DNA of 64,000 nucleotides, taken from positions 2,356,001-2,420,000 of the forward strand of contig JAQFVV010000010.1 in the NCBI GenBank assembly GCA_028023455.1, written 5' to 3'. The position numbers and the translations under genes are program-made. Every line of letters starts with the position of its first letter. Within the stretch, counting starts at the first letter, position 1. This stretch comes from Epiperipatus broadwayi (Eukaryota; Animalia; Onychophora). The notes beneath the pieces were generated by a model. It was not told where the DNA came from. It did not search any database and saw only the letters and a program-made list of their open reading frames with translations. Positions 1 through 12,420 of the stretch are shown here, piece by piece.

Positions 1-132
1 TTCTTAGATTATTACTAATTCAAAGAGAAGCCCTTCTTTGAATCCAAATCTTTTAACAAAAACTATAAACTTAATTCTATAAAATGAATAGCTATTAGAT
101 TTGACCTTGCTTCAATAGTCTTCTTAATATTA

Positions 133-202
133 GATTTTTCATACAGGTAATCAGCTTTGGAACCTATGATTTTTCATACAGGTAATCAGCTTTGGAACCT
201 AT
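133..202. repeat. 35-bp tandem duplication (2 copies)
   Basis: GATTTTTCATACAGGTAATCAGCTTTGGAACCTAT at 133-167 and 168-202. Confidence 0.9.
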
Positions 203-1870
203 CTCTGATATACAAAATCACTAATTCATAAATACTCTTTAAAACATTGTAAATATAGAATATATTTAACAATATAAATGAAGGATCTAAATAATGATAT
301 TTATATAGTAAGTTTATTCACATAAAAGTATATTTCAATGGAAATTAATGCAAGAGTCAAATATATTTATTAGATAATACTAATCATATTTAAGTGTATA
401 ATGAATATAACTTTCATTTAACATAACAGTGACTATAATGCTTTTTATTCCAATTGTTGGACATTTTAGTACTGTATATCTAAACATTCCACATATATGT
501 ACACAGTGTATTTATTACTGCTTCTATTGTGTTTTCTGGCTAATTTATCTAAATTTTAATATTATTTGACAATCTAAAATATTAGACAAATCTTTTTATT
601 TAAATAAGACACTTTTTTTTTTTAATACTTATCTTTTTATCTGAAAGATGCTTTTCTTTAAAAAAAAAAAAAACATTTCAATCAAAACTAAACTTTAAAC
701 CAATTCTCACATTATAAAATAATATTTATTTATATTTTCTTAAATTCAAACTCTTCATATTTTAATAAAACTAATCTATTGCATATTATTTATTATAATT
801 TTTTTTTTTTATTCTCTTAATGCCCTAAAAGAATTTCGATGCTATCTTTTATCCAGACACACAATTATTGTCAAGCAGCACTCCCATATATGTAAGACCA
901 CATGAATGATCAAGAAATAGATATAACATCTTATTTCAATATTAAATACTGCTTGACACATTTAACTCTTTGAATAAAATAATAGATAAAAAATATTTAA
1001 GGCAGATACCTAGCTAATATAAAGCTAACATTTGTAACAATCATTAACAAGGGATAATAAACACTGTTTTATTCTTTTTACTTTTTATACTTAATGAAAG
1101 GTTGAATAAATGTTTAAATATGTAAGAAATCATTCAAGAAAAGATTAAATAGAATATTTTATTAGTATTCTTGTCATTAGTAAAAAATATATTTATCAAA
1201 TAATAACAAAGATAAAAAATATAAAATTTTACAGCGAGCACATACACCTATACTCTTTCCATACATATATAAATATTAAAATTATCCCAAATCCAAAACT
1301 CAAACAGACCATCCAAGAAAAAATAAAATCAAAAACACAACCAATGGTTTCACTGCTACTGGCAGACTTCTCAAATGTAAAGAACTACAAAACAACACCA
1401 TATTTATATTAAACATTAACCACAAATTCATTACCTTCCCATCCACCCTTGATATTAAAAGAACTTTTAAATAAGTTAATTACTTCAGATTAATAAATTT
1501 TCGATAATAAAGATTCTTTAATTCTTTTTATTTCATTTCTCTCAAATAAACTATATAAGGATCTTATGGTTTAGTGATGTAGTTAATACTAAATATTTAA
1601 AATACTGACTTAAAATATCTAATCACAGTAACAACTTTTTACTATTTCATTCTAAAGCTACAACTCTAAATGTCTGACTTCATTAGAATTTACAATGTTG
1701 CCCTAAATATAATAAATTATTGAAGATATAAAGCTTGATCCTAATACCTACTGCCAAATCTGCTAATAGTCTTTTTGTCAAGGAATCTAACATATATACA
1801 TATTAATATTTTGCTTTAATTTCCCATTAATATAAAATCATTGTAAAAATCTAAAAGTATCTATTGTTTA

Positions 1871-2765
1871 ATATAATATTAAATCATCTATGCTCTTTAT
1901 TACTGTTTTACAATGCTTTAATTACAACCCTCTATAACAGTTCTCCCCAGCAATCTTCTTCAGAACTATAATTTATACAAATATATGAATATAAATATAC
2001 ATAAACATATAATTTTTACATTTTATATATACATTTTATAATCATTATTTAATTATTACTTATATTTATCAATTAATACCTACCATCATATATATTCTTT
2101 TCTTTTTTTTTATTTGACTCTTATTACTCTTTTAAATATTTAACTCTAACTTTATATCTTTTATACTTCACATTATTACTATTCATTTTATTAACATTCA
2201 ATATTTATAATTTATTTTAATCTATAATATTATTATTATTTTTTTAACACATTTTTACCCACCTTTCATTTATAACTCCAAATCTCAACTAATAAATTCA
2301 AACTTTAAATTTTACAGTTACACTTTTAGTATAGATTAAAATAAATTATAAATACTGAATGTTAATAAAATGAATAATAGTAATGTAAAGTATAAAAGAT
2401 ATAAAGTTAGAGTTAAATATTTAAGAGTAAAATAAAAATAACAAATAAAAATAGAATATATATGATTATAGAGGGTGTTAATTGATAAATATAGAATGTA
2501 AAAAGAGTAAAATATATATTTAATAATATTAAAAAGGTAATAATTAAATAATGATTATAAGATGTATATATCAAATGTAAAAATTATATGTTCATGTATA
2601 TTTATATTCATATATTTGTATTATGTTATAGTTCCGAAGAAGATTGCTGGGGCAATCGAAACTGTCATAGAGGGTTGTAATTAAAGCTTTGTAAAACAGT
2701 GATAAATAGCATAAATGATTTAATATTATATTATATGGACTTGGGAATGCAATAAGTTATAGTTA
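1871..2765. mobile_element. Penelope-like pLTR pair, family A, head-to-head inverted (non-coding)
   Basis: Arm ~1871-2225 is the reverse complement of ~2329-2730. Flanked by TATCTATT(G/A)TTTA at 1858-1870 and 2766-2778 (13-bp TSD, 1 mismatch). HHR-like core in the right arm; the same family recurs at 33.3-33.75 kb. Confidence 0.7.
2634..2666 (+). ncRNA. Degenerate minimal hammerhead-like motif (family A)
   Basis: CCGAAGA-A-GATTGC(TGGG)GCAATC-GAAA-CTGTC with a perfect 6-bp stem II. The 33.4 kb copy has CTGAAGA but AAAA instead of GAAA. Stem I is not convincing. Confidence 0.45.
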
Positions 2766-2799
2766 TATCTATTATTTATTTGCAATGTTAAAGTTTTTT

Positions 2800-4190
2800 T
2801 TTAAAGAAGAATTCAAATCCGACAGCTATAAACCATGAATAGGAACAAATCCTTCTATCTTATGCTATTCTTGAGATTTAATAGAAAAGATTTTCCTGAC
2901 TGCAGAATCTATAATAGCATTTAAGAAATATTTCAACTTTATTATTAAATATTAGTGAAAGCTGTCAAATTAGAATGGCTGTAAAACTAATTATTTTAAG
3001 AAGATTGAGTGATTACTATCTTAAATAATTATCCCTTCTACTTGCTATTAATCAACTTTTTTCTCGTCTTATCTTAAACCATTAAAAAAAAGAATATTTT
3101 TTATTTTGAGAAATTGATCTTGTGATGCAAAATTTACTGAATCTACCTTTAGGCTATGTGAGATATGATAATAGAAGAATGTAGAAAATAAAACACAAAT
3201 CAAATACAATAAAAATTAGTGTTCAAATATAAATATGGAAACCATGCAATATATAAATCTACATTTAGCAATGAAGATATTGATAACTCAATAAATTTAT
3301 CATATGAAGAGTACAGTAAAGGAAAAATTCACTTCAGAACTAGAAAAATACTAGAGACATCTATTCTTGATCTATAAATCCAAATGGCTATTATTGTATA
3401 AACAAAATTTATAGCTTGATACAAAATTATTATAACTATAAAATGCTTCAGGTAGACAAATTTTAAGATTCCAGAAGTGAAATAAGTCTTCAATTGGCAA
3501 TTGAATGTAAAAAAACATCATTTGGATCTTTTGCAAAAGTCCAATCACTACTTAATACAAAAAATAACATATAGGTTGTCATATTTGGAAATTATGATTA
3601 CTCAAAGAAAAAAACAGATAGCTTTAGAAACAATGTAGTTACTAACAATCTAACTGTTGCATTATAGCTTCTTGATTATTAATTATAAATAATATAGCTA
3701 TATTTTGAAGAAAATACATAAGACTTTAGTAACTCAAGAGCTATAAGTTATAAAGCTAAGTTTTATTTCTGAGAAAAAATAGTAATAAAATGTAAATACA
3801 TATCTAGTTCAAAAAGCAATAAAAAGATCACTAATAATTACTGGAAACGTAAATGTAAATAGATATGTAAGTTTTTAAAAAAGTAATGAAAAATCAATTT
3901 TGTAAAATAAAGGAAACTTTATTTTGATAATTTGAGTTTAGGTCTAATTCAATGAAGAAAGATAGGTTTGCAGATAAATTAGACTTAAACAAAAAAAGAT
4001 TGTAAGGTAAAAGCATTCTATAAAAGATTGCCAAAAAATAATGCAAATGATTATTTTCAAGGCTGGATATAACTCAAGGATTTAAAATATCAAGAAAACT
4101 GTGTATAGTTAAAATCAAACCATTAAACTATTTTAGGAAAAAACAAATGGGATAAATATTTGAAGCTAATTACTATGGAATGCAAACCAA
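2800..4190 (+). pseudogene. Possible highly degraded LINE ORF2 remnant
   Basis: Only weak, frame-broken resemblance to RT-region motifs; no intact ORF. Confidence 0.25.
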
Positions 4191-5447
4191 CGTAATTAGA
4201 AGTTGGATCCTTATCGTCATTGTAAAGATGCATTAGTCAAACAGATTTACAGTACATTAGAATGATAGGACTTTTTTACGATACAGAGCAAGGAGAAAAC
4301 AGTATAAATAGAGAATGCAAAAAAGAGCGTGGGAGATCAGCTTTTCTCCAGTCATTGTGTGTTGTTGTTGTTGCTGTCATAAGGACCTTTGAGAAAAGCT
4401 GAGGAAAAAGTGTCCTAGGCTTTTCTGCAATGATGGAAGTGTCCCAGAACCCATGCTTCTGAAGGTGAAAGAAAACCGGCTAGGGGAAAGGTTTATAGAC
4501 CTTACCAATCTTTTATTATTGTGTATGCCTGAGAAGGTCCAATTAGGATTGTGTTTTAATTACTGCGAATATAAACTTTAGTATTCATTTAAGTCCACAA
4601 CTATTGTAGTGGCAGTATTTGTTTGTTTGGTAACGATTATACATTGAAGATTTAGAACGTTAAATCAAGGACTATTTGTTAATGTGTATATAAAGTAATT
4701 ATGGATCGTTATTTAGTAAAATCTTAATTGATGTGTATATATATATTATGTAAATAAATGTATTTATTCTTCTTTAATAACGTTTTGGGTAATTAATAAT
4801 TTGTGATAATTGTTGGTAATATGCTTCATAGCTGAATACACAACAAATATAAAAAAAATTAATATATTTATAATATTTTATCTCAAATTTATTAATTTTT
4901 GCATATACCCGAAGTTTGTTGCTACAGCTTTGCATTCTCACAATCTTGAGTATATAAACAAAAATCAACTAATGGCTGCATACATATAAATAAAAGCTCA
5001 CTCTATTTAATAACAGTGTCAGTCAATTTATGGCAAATTTTTAAATATTTGTAGTCACTTAAACATTTTATAAAAAGTAAAATAAACTGCCGAAAAAAAC
5101 ATTCCCTATATTGTAGCGTAACAGAATCGTGAAACCCACGGCAATAAATATTATATATTTCTGACTAATAATCATAAGGTAGCATAAATGTTAATACATA
5201 TTAAATAAAGAGCAATATAAGATTTTCATTTAGTTAAAAAAAAAAAAATGATTCGACTTTTATATATACTAAATTTACGATAATAGTGTTAAGTTCAATT
5301 TGGAAAATTAATCGCTTTGTTAATTTTAAAATTTTGTAAAAAATGTTATTTTTTTAAAAATTCTATTTATTATCAAATATGCATAACTTTTCTATTTACT
5401 TTAACAGAATAATTTTAAAATATTAAAATACATTAGTACTTTCTTAC

Positions 5448-5464
5448 CTGGCTAACGTCGCCAT
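5448..5464 (-). CDS. Candidate first coding exon of an unidentified host gene (MATLA + phase-2 AG)
   Basis: Minus strand reads AAAC-ATG GCG ACG TTA GCC AG|GTAAGA: good start context, consensus donor, inside the only CpG-rich non-repeat patch. No compatible second exon found. Confidence 0.5.
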
Positions 5465-5490
5465 GTTTACTTTTATTAAGTCTAGTCTAG

Positions 5491-5502
5491 TTCTCGCGAG
5501 AA
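5491..5502. promoter_or_regulatory. Palindromic TTCTCGCGAGAA promoter motif (TCTCGCGAGA / CGCG-element type)
   Basis: 12-bp palindrome about 27 nt upstream of the candidate ATG, in a locally CpG-retaining region. Confidence 0.5.
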
Positions 5503-6289
5503 AATTGCGTTATTATCTCTTCTTATAATAATGCAAGTGATAATTTTAATTGCGCATAGCTTCTCCGAAATGTTGAATTTAAACCCTAATTGAAATTGCT
5601 TATTTTATCTCTTATGTTTTTAATGGAAAAAATAAATAATTGAAAATATTTATCTTGAGATTTGATTATTAAATTTTTACTATTTTTTTTTGAACCAACA
5701 TTTATTAGGAAAATTATAATAGATAGGTATCCCCTAAATCTTCAGGATAATCATTTAGAAAGCTGAAAAACATTTAATGGCACTTGAAGGACCTAAAGAA
5801 TACGAATTTACTTATTTATACAAAGCAATATTAATATAAACTTGCGTAGTTTTAGTGAGATAAGAAAAACAGAAATGTGAATTAGTTGGTCAAATATGAA
5901 TTTATTGGTTAAGGGATATCGTTTTATTTTTCGGACCGCCTGGAAAAAACACACGAAATTATTATTTTATTTGTTTGCAAAAAAAAAAAAAACTATGCCT
6001 AAGCCTCATTATCCATTTTTTTTTTTTAAGTTCCTTTATAGGATAGAAAACTGTTTATCGTTTATGCCACATCACCAACGGGAAACTAAGGAAATAAAAG
6101 AAATGGATATTATTTAAGTCATCTACATTTTGCAGATGATGTGGTTGTTTTCGCAAATAATGCTTCAGGAAATGTTATGAGAATTATTAGATGAAAATAA
6201 CAATAAAAATAAATGCTAAAAGATTAAATCAGTGAATTTCTCAGAAGAAGAAAATAAAGATTGATAATGAGAGATTAGAAGAAGTTAGT

Positions 6290-6539
6290 TTTCTCATAGT
6301 TTTGTAGTTAAGTAGAGTTAAAAGGTGGCTGCTGGAGGGTTGCATTAGATCCTAAGATCTAGGTGCAGTGCTCTTAGATCCAAGGCTCCTCACTGACGAA
6401 GGCCACAAGCCAGAAACTAATCTGGGGATATTGAATGAGTAGGCACTAGATAGGGATTTTATGCACAAGCCTTCAGCAACCATTGATTGTTCTTGTTGGC
6501 ACAAGATGGCACTACTGTATGGAGACTTTTGCTTTGTTT
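6290..6539 (+). mobile_element. Penelope-like solo pLTR, family B, inserted in the RTE
   Basis: 8-bp TSD AAGTTAGT (6282-6289, 6540-6547); removing it restores the RTE frame LEEVSNYKY; homologous to the 24.16-25.1 kb copies. Confidence 0.8.
6387..6428 (+). ncRNA. Minimal type I hammerhead ribozyme motif (family B)
   Basis: Stem I UCCUCA/UGGGGA; core CUGACGA-A; stem II GGC(CACAA)GCC; A-GAAA; C-UAA-U-C then predicted cleavage after 6422. Confidence 0.7.
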
Positions 6540-8897
6540 AAGTTAGTAACTACAAATACTTTGGTCAAATTATTGGCGTAGATGGAAATGTAATGAATGA
6601 AATTAATCATAGAATTAAATTTGGATGGAGCGTTGAACTTAATATTAGAAGGAAATATATCTATGTGTTTGGAAACAAAGATTTATAATATATGTTTTAT
6701 CAATTCTTACTAACACTTAACAGAAGTATTCCAAGACTTCACCTAATCAATAAAATGTGGATGTTAATAGTAACAAGAATATATCAAAAATGAAATACTT
6801 GGGTAAAAGGACAAACAAGTATCTTTGACATCATTGAAGAAATTAAAATACTGAAATGGAAATGGATTGGAAATATTGCTAACAGGGATGATACAGAAAA
6901 AACAATTGGAGTCTTAAGCAGAATCCCAAGACATTGTAAATGACTTAGAAAGAGACAAAGTAAAATGAATAGGTGAAATAAATTTATTGGTGTCTTTGGG
7001 TGAAGAGAGAATAGAGATCAGAGAAAGTGAATTAAACTTGGAATGACTATCCATGAAAATGATGAACATTCTATTTAAGATTTTTTTTATTAACTATTAA
7101 AATTAACCCTCAAAGGTAAGATTCTGTCATGACTCCACCCAATCTGTAGTATTACACATAACTCTGAAAATAAATATAATAATATATTTGTTATTGTGAT
7201 ACAATATATATATACCATATTTTATTTGCAAAATATATACAATGATTAGCTAAGACAGCTTATCTCTATTATGATTGGCAAACTATAGAAGTCTAGCTGT
7301 TAGCAGAACAGCTAATGTTTGGGACAGATATTGTAATCTCTCCTTAAAATCGTAATATTTCCAGCCTATGAGTGGTTTGTCTCAAACACAGGTATGGTGA
7401 TGATTGCATGTAGCAGTTTCTTGCTCAAAGTTTGAGCATGCTTCACTGCGTTCACCAATATTATGGACAAAAAATTTACGGCTGTACAACATCTAGTTGT
7501 TGTCTCCTTTTGTAATGAGATATCTGTCTTTACTAGAAATGATCAAATCTATTGATCTAGCTCCCTAATTGTTTTGTTTATGCCATTTGCTATTTATTTC
7601 CTTTATCGTTATCCCATTAGCCAATCTTATCATATCTTGAATCCAGTCATTGCTGATATTATAGTAAGGACAAGTCCATTATTTGAAAGTAAACTTTTGC
7701 TGTATTAGGATGAGTTCACAATAGGTTCTGTGATTTATATTTAAGTAAAAAATGCAAATGTGAAATAATCAATCACCAACTACAAAAATTGCTATAATTG
7801 ATTATAAGCAATTTAATTTTCTCCAAATGGTCACTGCCAAATTTATTACAACATGATCAAAGCCATTGTAACAAAACCTTTTTATTCTTCTTTTAAGACC
7901 TTATATACTTATATTTATCCATATATGCATGCACCTATATATATACATCACTTTGCGAGGCGAACATATTATTTCATTCTATTCATCAACTTAATGTAGA
8001 AGTTTCCTAACATGTATTTATGGACATCACTAGGATTCCAAGCACCAATCTTATGTTAAATAAGAATTACACAAAGGGAGATACTACTAATAAACTGCCA
8101 TGGTCTTTAACAAAATGTGTGAGGTTTAACCCTCAGCTAACTCAGGGCGGGTGGTGTTATGGCTGGGAGTAGATGTGAATGGGAACAAGCATTCTTTCTT
8201 TTTTAACAATACAATAGAAAAAAATAACCAATTCAATAAGAGATTTCTACACATGGTTTCATTATCACCAATATTTATTAAGAGTTATGCTAAACATCAA
8301 GTATCTGTATACAACATAAAAAGAATAATTTAATTTTGACCCATTAACATATAAAACTAAAGCTCTGACATTTCAATTAATAATATACACATATACGCAT
8401 ACACTTTCAAATACATTTATTATTCACAAATGGTTTAAAAGTTGCAGACAGACAGAAAGAGATCTCCCATTATTTTTTGATTTACTTCTTCTAGACTTAA
8501 TTGAAGACAATTCATTTCATACAAGTGTTTCCTCAATCACTAATAGCTATAATGGATTTACGCAATTTAAACTAAACAATCTTCTTATAAAATTTCTTAT
8601 GGAGTTCTTCTACATAAATCTGTAGAATGGGCAACTGATTTCTTTTCCTTTTTATTTTATTCATTTTTTTAAACAACTCAATATGCAAAATTTATACTAC
8701 CTGCACATCCCCGGGGAGTTCATGGAATAATATTTTATAGTTCAAATCATCACAGGTGAACATATGATCTGTTTTGAGGTTTTTCTTTATTCTATTTAGG
8801 GTTTTCATTTTTGAAAATCGTCATTTTATGTTTCTGATCTTGGCAATTGCTACAAATCCAGAGAGGCTTTCATTACTGAATGTAGCAGCATACAGAA

Positions 8898-9494
8898 TGT
8901 TGGAGATGGGGTTTGAGCCTGATACAGTTTGAACCCGATATGTTAGGTTTTTACCCTGACATTTCCATTTCTTTCACCATTAAAATTAACAAAATTTATA
9001 AAATTAACTTTGCTACACTAACAAGCCTGCTATGTTGATTGTCAATTTCTGCAGGGACAAGAGAAAGAGTATTCTGGGCTCCTTTCTTTTATAGTCCCCT
9101 CCATATGTTCTAGAAGCTTCACTCGTTTTCCACTTCCTGTCTCTGATTTCTGCTCAACCGGATTTTGATCAAGGTGTAAAGGTTTTTAGCACCTTCGGCC
9201 TTTCTTATTTTAAAATCCATTTCTTCTAGAAATTTTTAAGCTTTTAGAACATAATTGAAAGAAAACTTCATGTCCTCCCTCTACAACAATTAAACCCATT
9301 CATACGTACATCTATAACATGGCCATACATACTATTTAGAAATGACAGAGCACTCCCCCCCCTTTCTAAGCTATATATGTATTTTGTATAACCACCACCC
9401 CATAATATAATAATCTATAAACCTTAACTATCTATATATAATGACCACCAACTATCATGCTATTTATGTCTGGGTTTGAACCTGCTCTGTCACA
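8898..9494 (-). repeat. Probable 3' LTR of Gypsy element 1
   Basis: TG...CA termini (TGTTGG...GTCACA); G-rich PPT (ATGGGGGGGTAT on minus) immediately upstream at 9495-9506; no matching 5' LTR seen. Confidence 0.55.
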
Positions 9495-9509
9495 ATACCC
9501 CCCCCATTT

Positions 9510-12420
9510 AAAGACCTTCAAATATCTTGCGTATTTGAATGAATCTCTGTCATAAAATTTCTGTCTATTTAGGTACCTATCTGCTGTTTCTTTGAGTTGC
9601 CTTTGCTTGCAGAGGGCCAGGCAGATTTTGATGATCAAGCATTATATGACCCCTTGATTTTGTGCACAGGGTCCACCCAAAATGCATTATCCCCCTGATT
9701 ATGACAGATAGTGTATGGACCTTCATATAAGTTGCAAAAGTTTCAGCATATAAACCTACCCAGGTTGCTAACATGAGGGGTTTTAACTCCTATCTTAAAT
9801 ATGAGCACTCATGCCTTACTTTTTTCCTTCTTTGATGGCTTGCCTGCTGTAGGGTCTGATATGCCTTATCCTGGTCAATTTTCTTGTCAATATGTCATTC
9901 TTTCATCCCTGATACAAAGGTCTTGATCTGATGTGGTATGTGCTGTCTGAATTTGAGGTGAAACGGGGCAAAACCAATGGATTCATTTATGTTCCAGTTT
10001 ATGAAATCAACAACTTGAGGAGTCCATTTTTCTCATCACCTATTCTCAGGGGTTAGATTGGGGATTTCCGAATTGATGTAAAATTATGCTTAATCCCCTG
10101 ATGTTGGATCTGCTCATGCTATTCCTTGGACATGAAGGGAGTACCATGGTTGGATAAAATGCTCTTGGGCTTTCCAGTCTCAGTAAAATGTCTGCCCTCT
10201 AGCATTTTGAGGGCATTCTTTGCATTCACCTGAATGATAGGATATGTCAACACATACTTTAACAAGTCATATGTGATGAGGAAATTTTTTTATTGAATGC
10301 CAGCAGAGGGCCGCAAAAGTGTAATGCTTTCATTTCTTATGGTTGATTTGGTATTATCAACAGCATAAAAGCCGTATAATTCCGGTTCACCGGTTTAGTT
10401 CTCCGACAGCTTTCACAATCCCTCAACATGCTTATGACTGATGTGTGTATGCTAGACCAGTAAAACCACCTTTGAATCAAATGCTCCAGTTTTAAAGCAT
10501 CATAATGGCATTATAGTTGGTGAACATAGGATGTCACCTGTTTCTACATCCTATGAGGTATAACTGGTTTTCACTGCTCTGGATCATTGTGCATCCGGTA
10601 CTGTAAAATATTTTTATAAAATCGGTACCTGGTTTCACCTCCTATCTTCTATGAACACTCACTGTTTGTTTTCTTTCCCAGTCATTTAATTATCTCCTTT
10701 AATTGTTCATTTTGATGCTGCCAACCGTCCAAATGAACCAGGTTCTACCTTTTTGTTCACTCCTATATACATACTGACAATATACAAGTTCTTCACACCC
10801 AGACAACCAGGATGATAACCAGATGGATTTTTGGCTCAAAATATAGGCCACAATGTTCTATGGTTCCCTACAATAATGAATGGTATAATTATATTCTTGC
10901 AGCAACAAGCTCCAACATATCAACTGGCTGTTGGTAAGGTATCTGTGATTTATAAACTCCAGGCTCTTATGATCAGTCACTATAATCACTTCTGATCCTA
11001 ACAAAAGGAGGCAAAACTTCTGGAATGCCCAGACAATCACCATAGCCTCTTTTTCTGTAATGGAGTAATTCAGTTCAGGTCCCTTTAGTAATATGCTGAT
11101 AAATTCCAGCACTTCCATTTGATTTCCCTCCTGTATTTGAGACAGTGTAGCCCCCAAGCCATACCCATTGCTGTCCATTTGTATCACAAATGGTTTGATA
11201 AAATCCAGGAAGGAAAGCATAACTTGTCTAGTGAAACCCTCTTTTATTTCTTCAAGGGCCTTCTTCTGTTCTTGGTCCCACTTCCATGGTGTATCTTTTC
11301 TCAATAATCTAACTAAAGGTTCTGTTCATTTAGCCAGCCGTTCATGGAATCTGTTGAAGTTACAAAGACCCAGGAATGACCAGATCTACTTTCAAGATTT
11401 CAGTGTGGGAAACTCCTTGATGGCTGATACCTTACCAGGGTATAGTTTCATCCCCTGAGCTCCCACCAAGTGACCTAAGAATGTTACTTCACCTTTCATC
11501 ATGGGTAAATTTTTTTAAAATTGGTTTTGATACCTTCTTCTGACATTCATGGAGAAACAACTCAGCATCTTTTTGATGCTCCTCAATACTGGATGAGGCT
11601 ATTAATGCATCATCAATGTACATAGTTATGCATTTCTTTATTTCATCTGCCAATACTTGGTCGAGGCACCTTAACAATCCAGCCCCACTATTTTGAGCCC
11701 GAACGGCATTCTGTTAAATTGGTATGAGTATCCTTCATACCAAAATGCCATATATTGCCAGTCCTCTGGATGGAGCTGGATCTACCAATAACTGGCCATC
11801 AGGTCAAATGTTGAAAATATTCATTTACCCTTGAATCCTCCCAATAACTCGTGTTTCGGAGGCAGAATATTACGCTCTGGAATCATTGCCCGGTTCAATT
11901 GTCTGGCATCAAGCCATAATCTAATCACATCACTCTTCTTCTTAACCTCCACTAGATGCTTACAATATGGTGATGAACATTTAGATATTATCCCTCATTC
12001 TTCCATGTGGTTTATTTGTTTTTTTACCTCCTCCCTATACTGATATGGCACTAGATATGAGCGCAATTGCAAGGGCTGATCCTGCTTCTGTTTGATGTGC
12101 TGTTCAAAGCCCTGGATCATGCCCAGTATTTCTGCAAATACCTGATGGTATTGATACAATGTCTGCCTGAAGGCCTCCTCCTCGTCTTCATTTTCAGCAA
12201 TTATTTCCTGAATGTTCTCTTCAATCTCTCCTGTCTCTTTCCTTTCTATCTGGATTACTCCTATTGATCAATGTAATTGTGCTGTGGTAAACATGGTAGT
12301 TTCCCCATTTACTTGATTCTTGAAACCTAACTAAATTTGGTAAATAAAAGATAACAGATTGTGTGCTCTTGGCCTATTGTGCAAACACAAAATGACAAGA
12401 TGGTTCTTTCTTGAGATATA
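9510..12420 (-). mobile_element. Ty3/Gypsy LTR retrotransposon 1, decayed pol (RT-RNase H-integrase), 5' truncated
   Basis: YIDD in 11489-11677; RNase H (KPFVIQMDS..YSITEKEA..VTDHKSL..WSLLLQEYNY) in 10858-11304; integrase-like GKPKSILSNHGTPF at ~10130-10180; many stops and frameshifts. Confidence 0.9.

Larger units (their letters stand above)
6110..7065 (+). mobile_element. RTE-clade LINE, 5'-truncated 3' fragment (RT C-terminus)
   Basis: HLHFADDVVVFANN at ~6120-6165; LEEVS|NYKYFGQII across the PLE insertion; similar to the RTE at 37.4-38.3 kb. Confidence 0.75.

Noticed and set aside
4908-4943. Second exon for the 5464 ATG (minus, acceptor near 4943)
   Set aside because: The phase-2 join gives an immediate stop (AGA TTG TGA)
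8640-8897. PHD-like H..C...W.C..C on the minus strand next to the LTR
   Set aside because: Two in-frame stops, and the N-terminal half could not be located reliably
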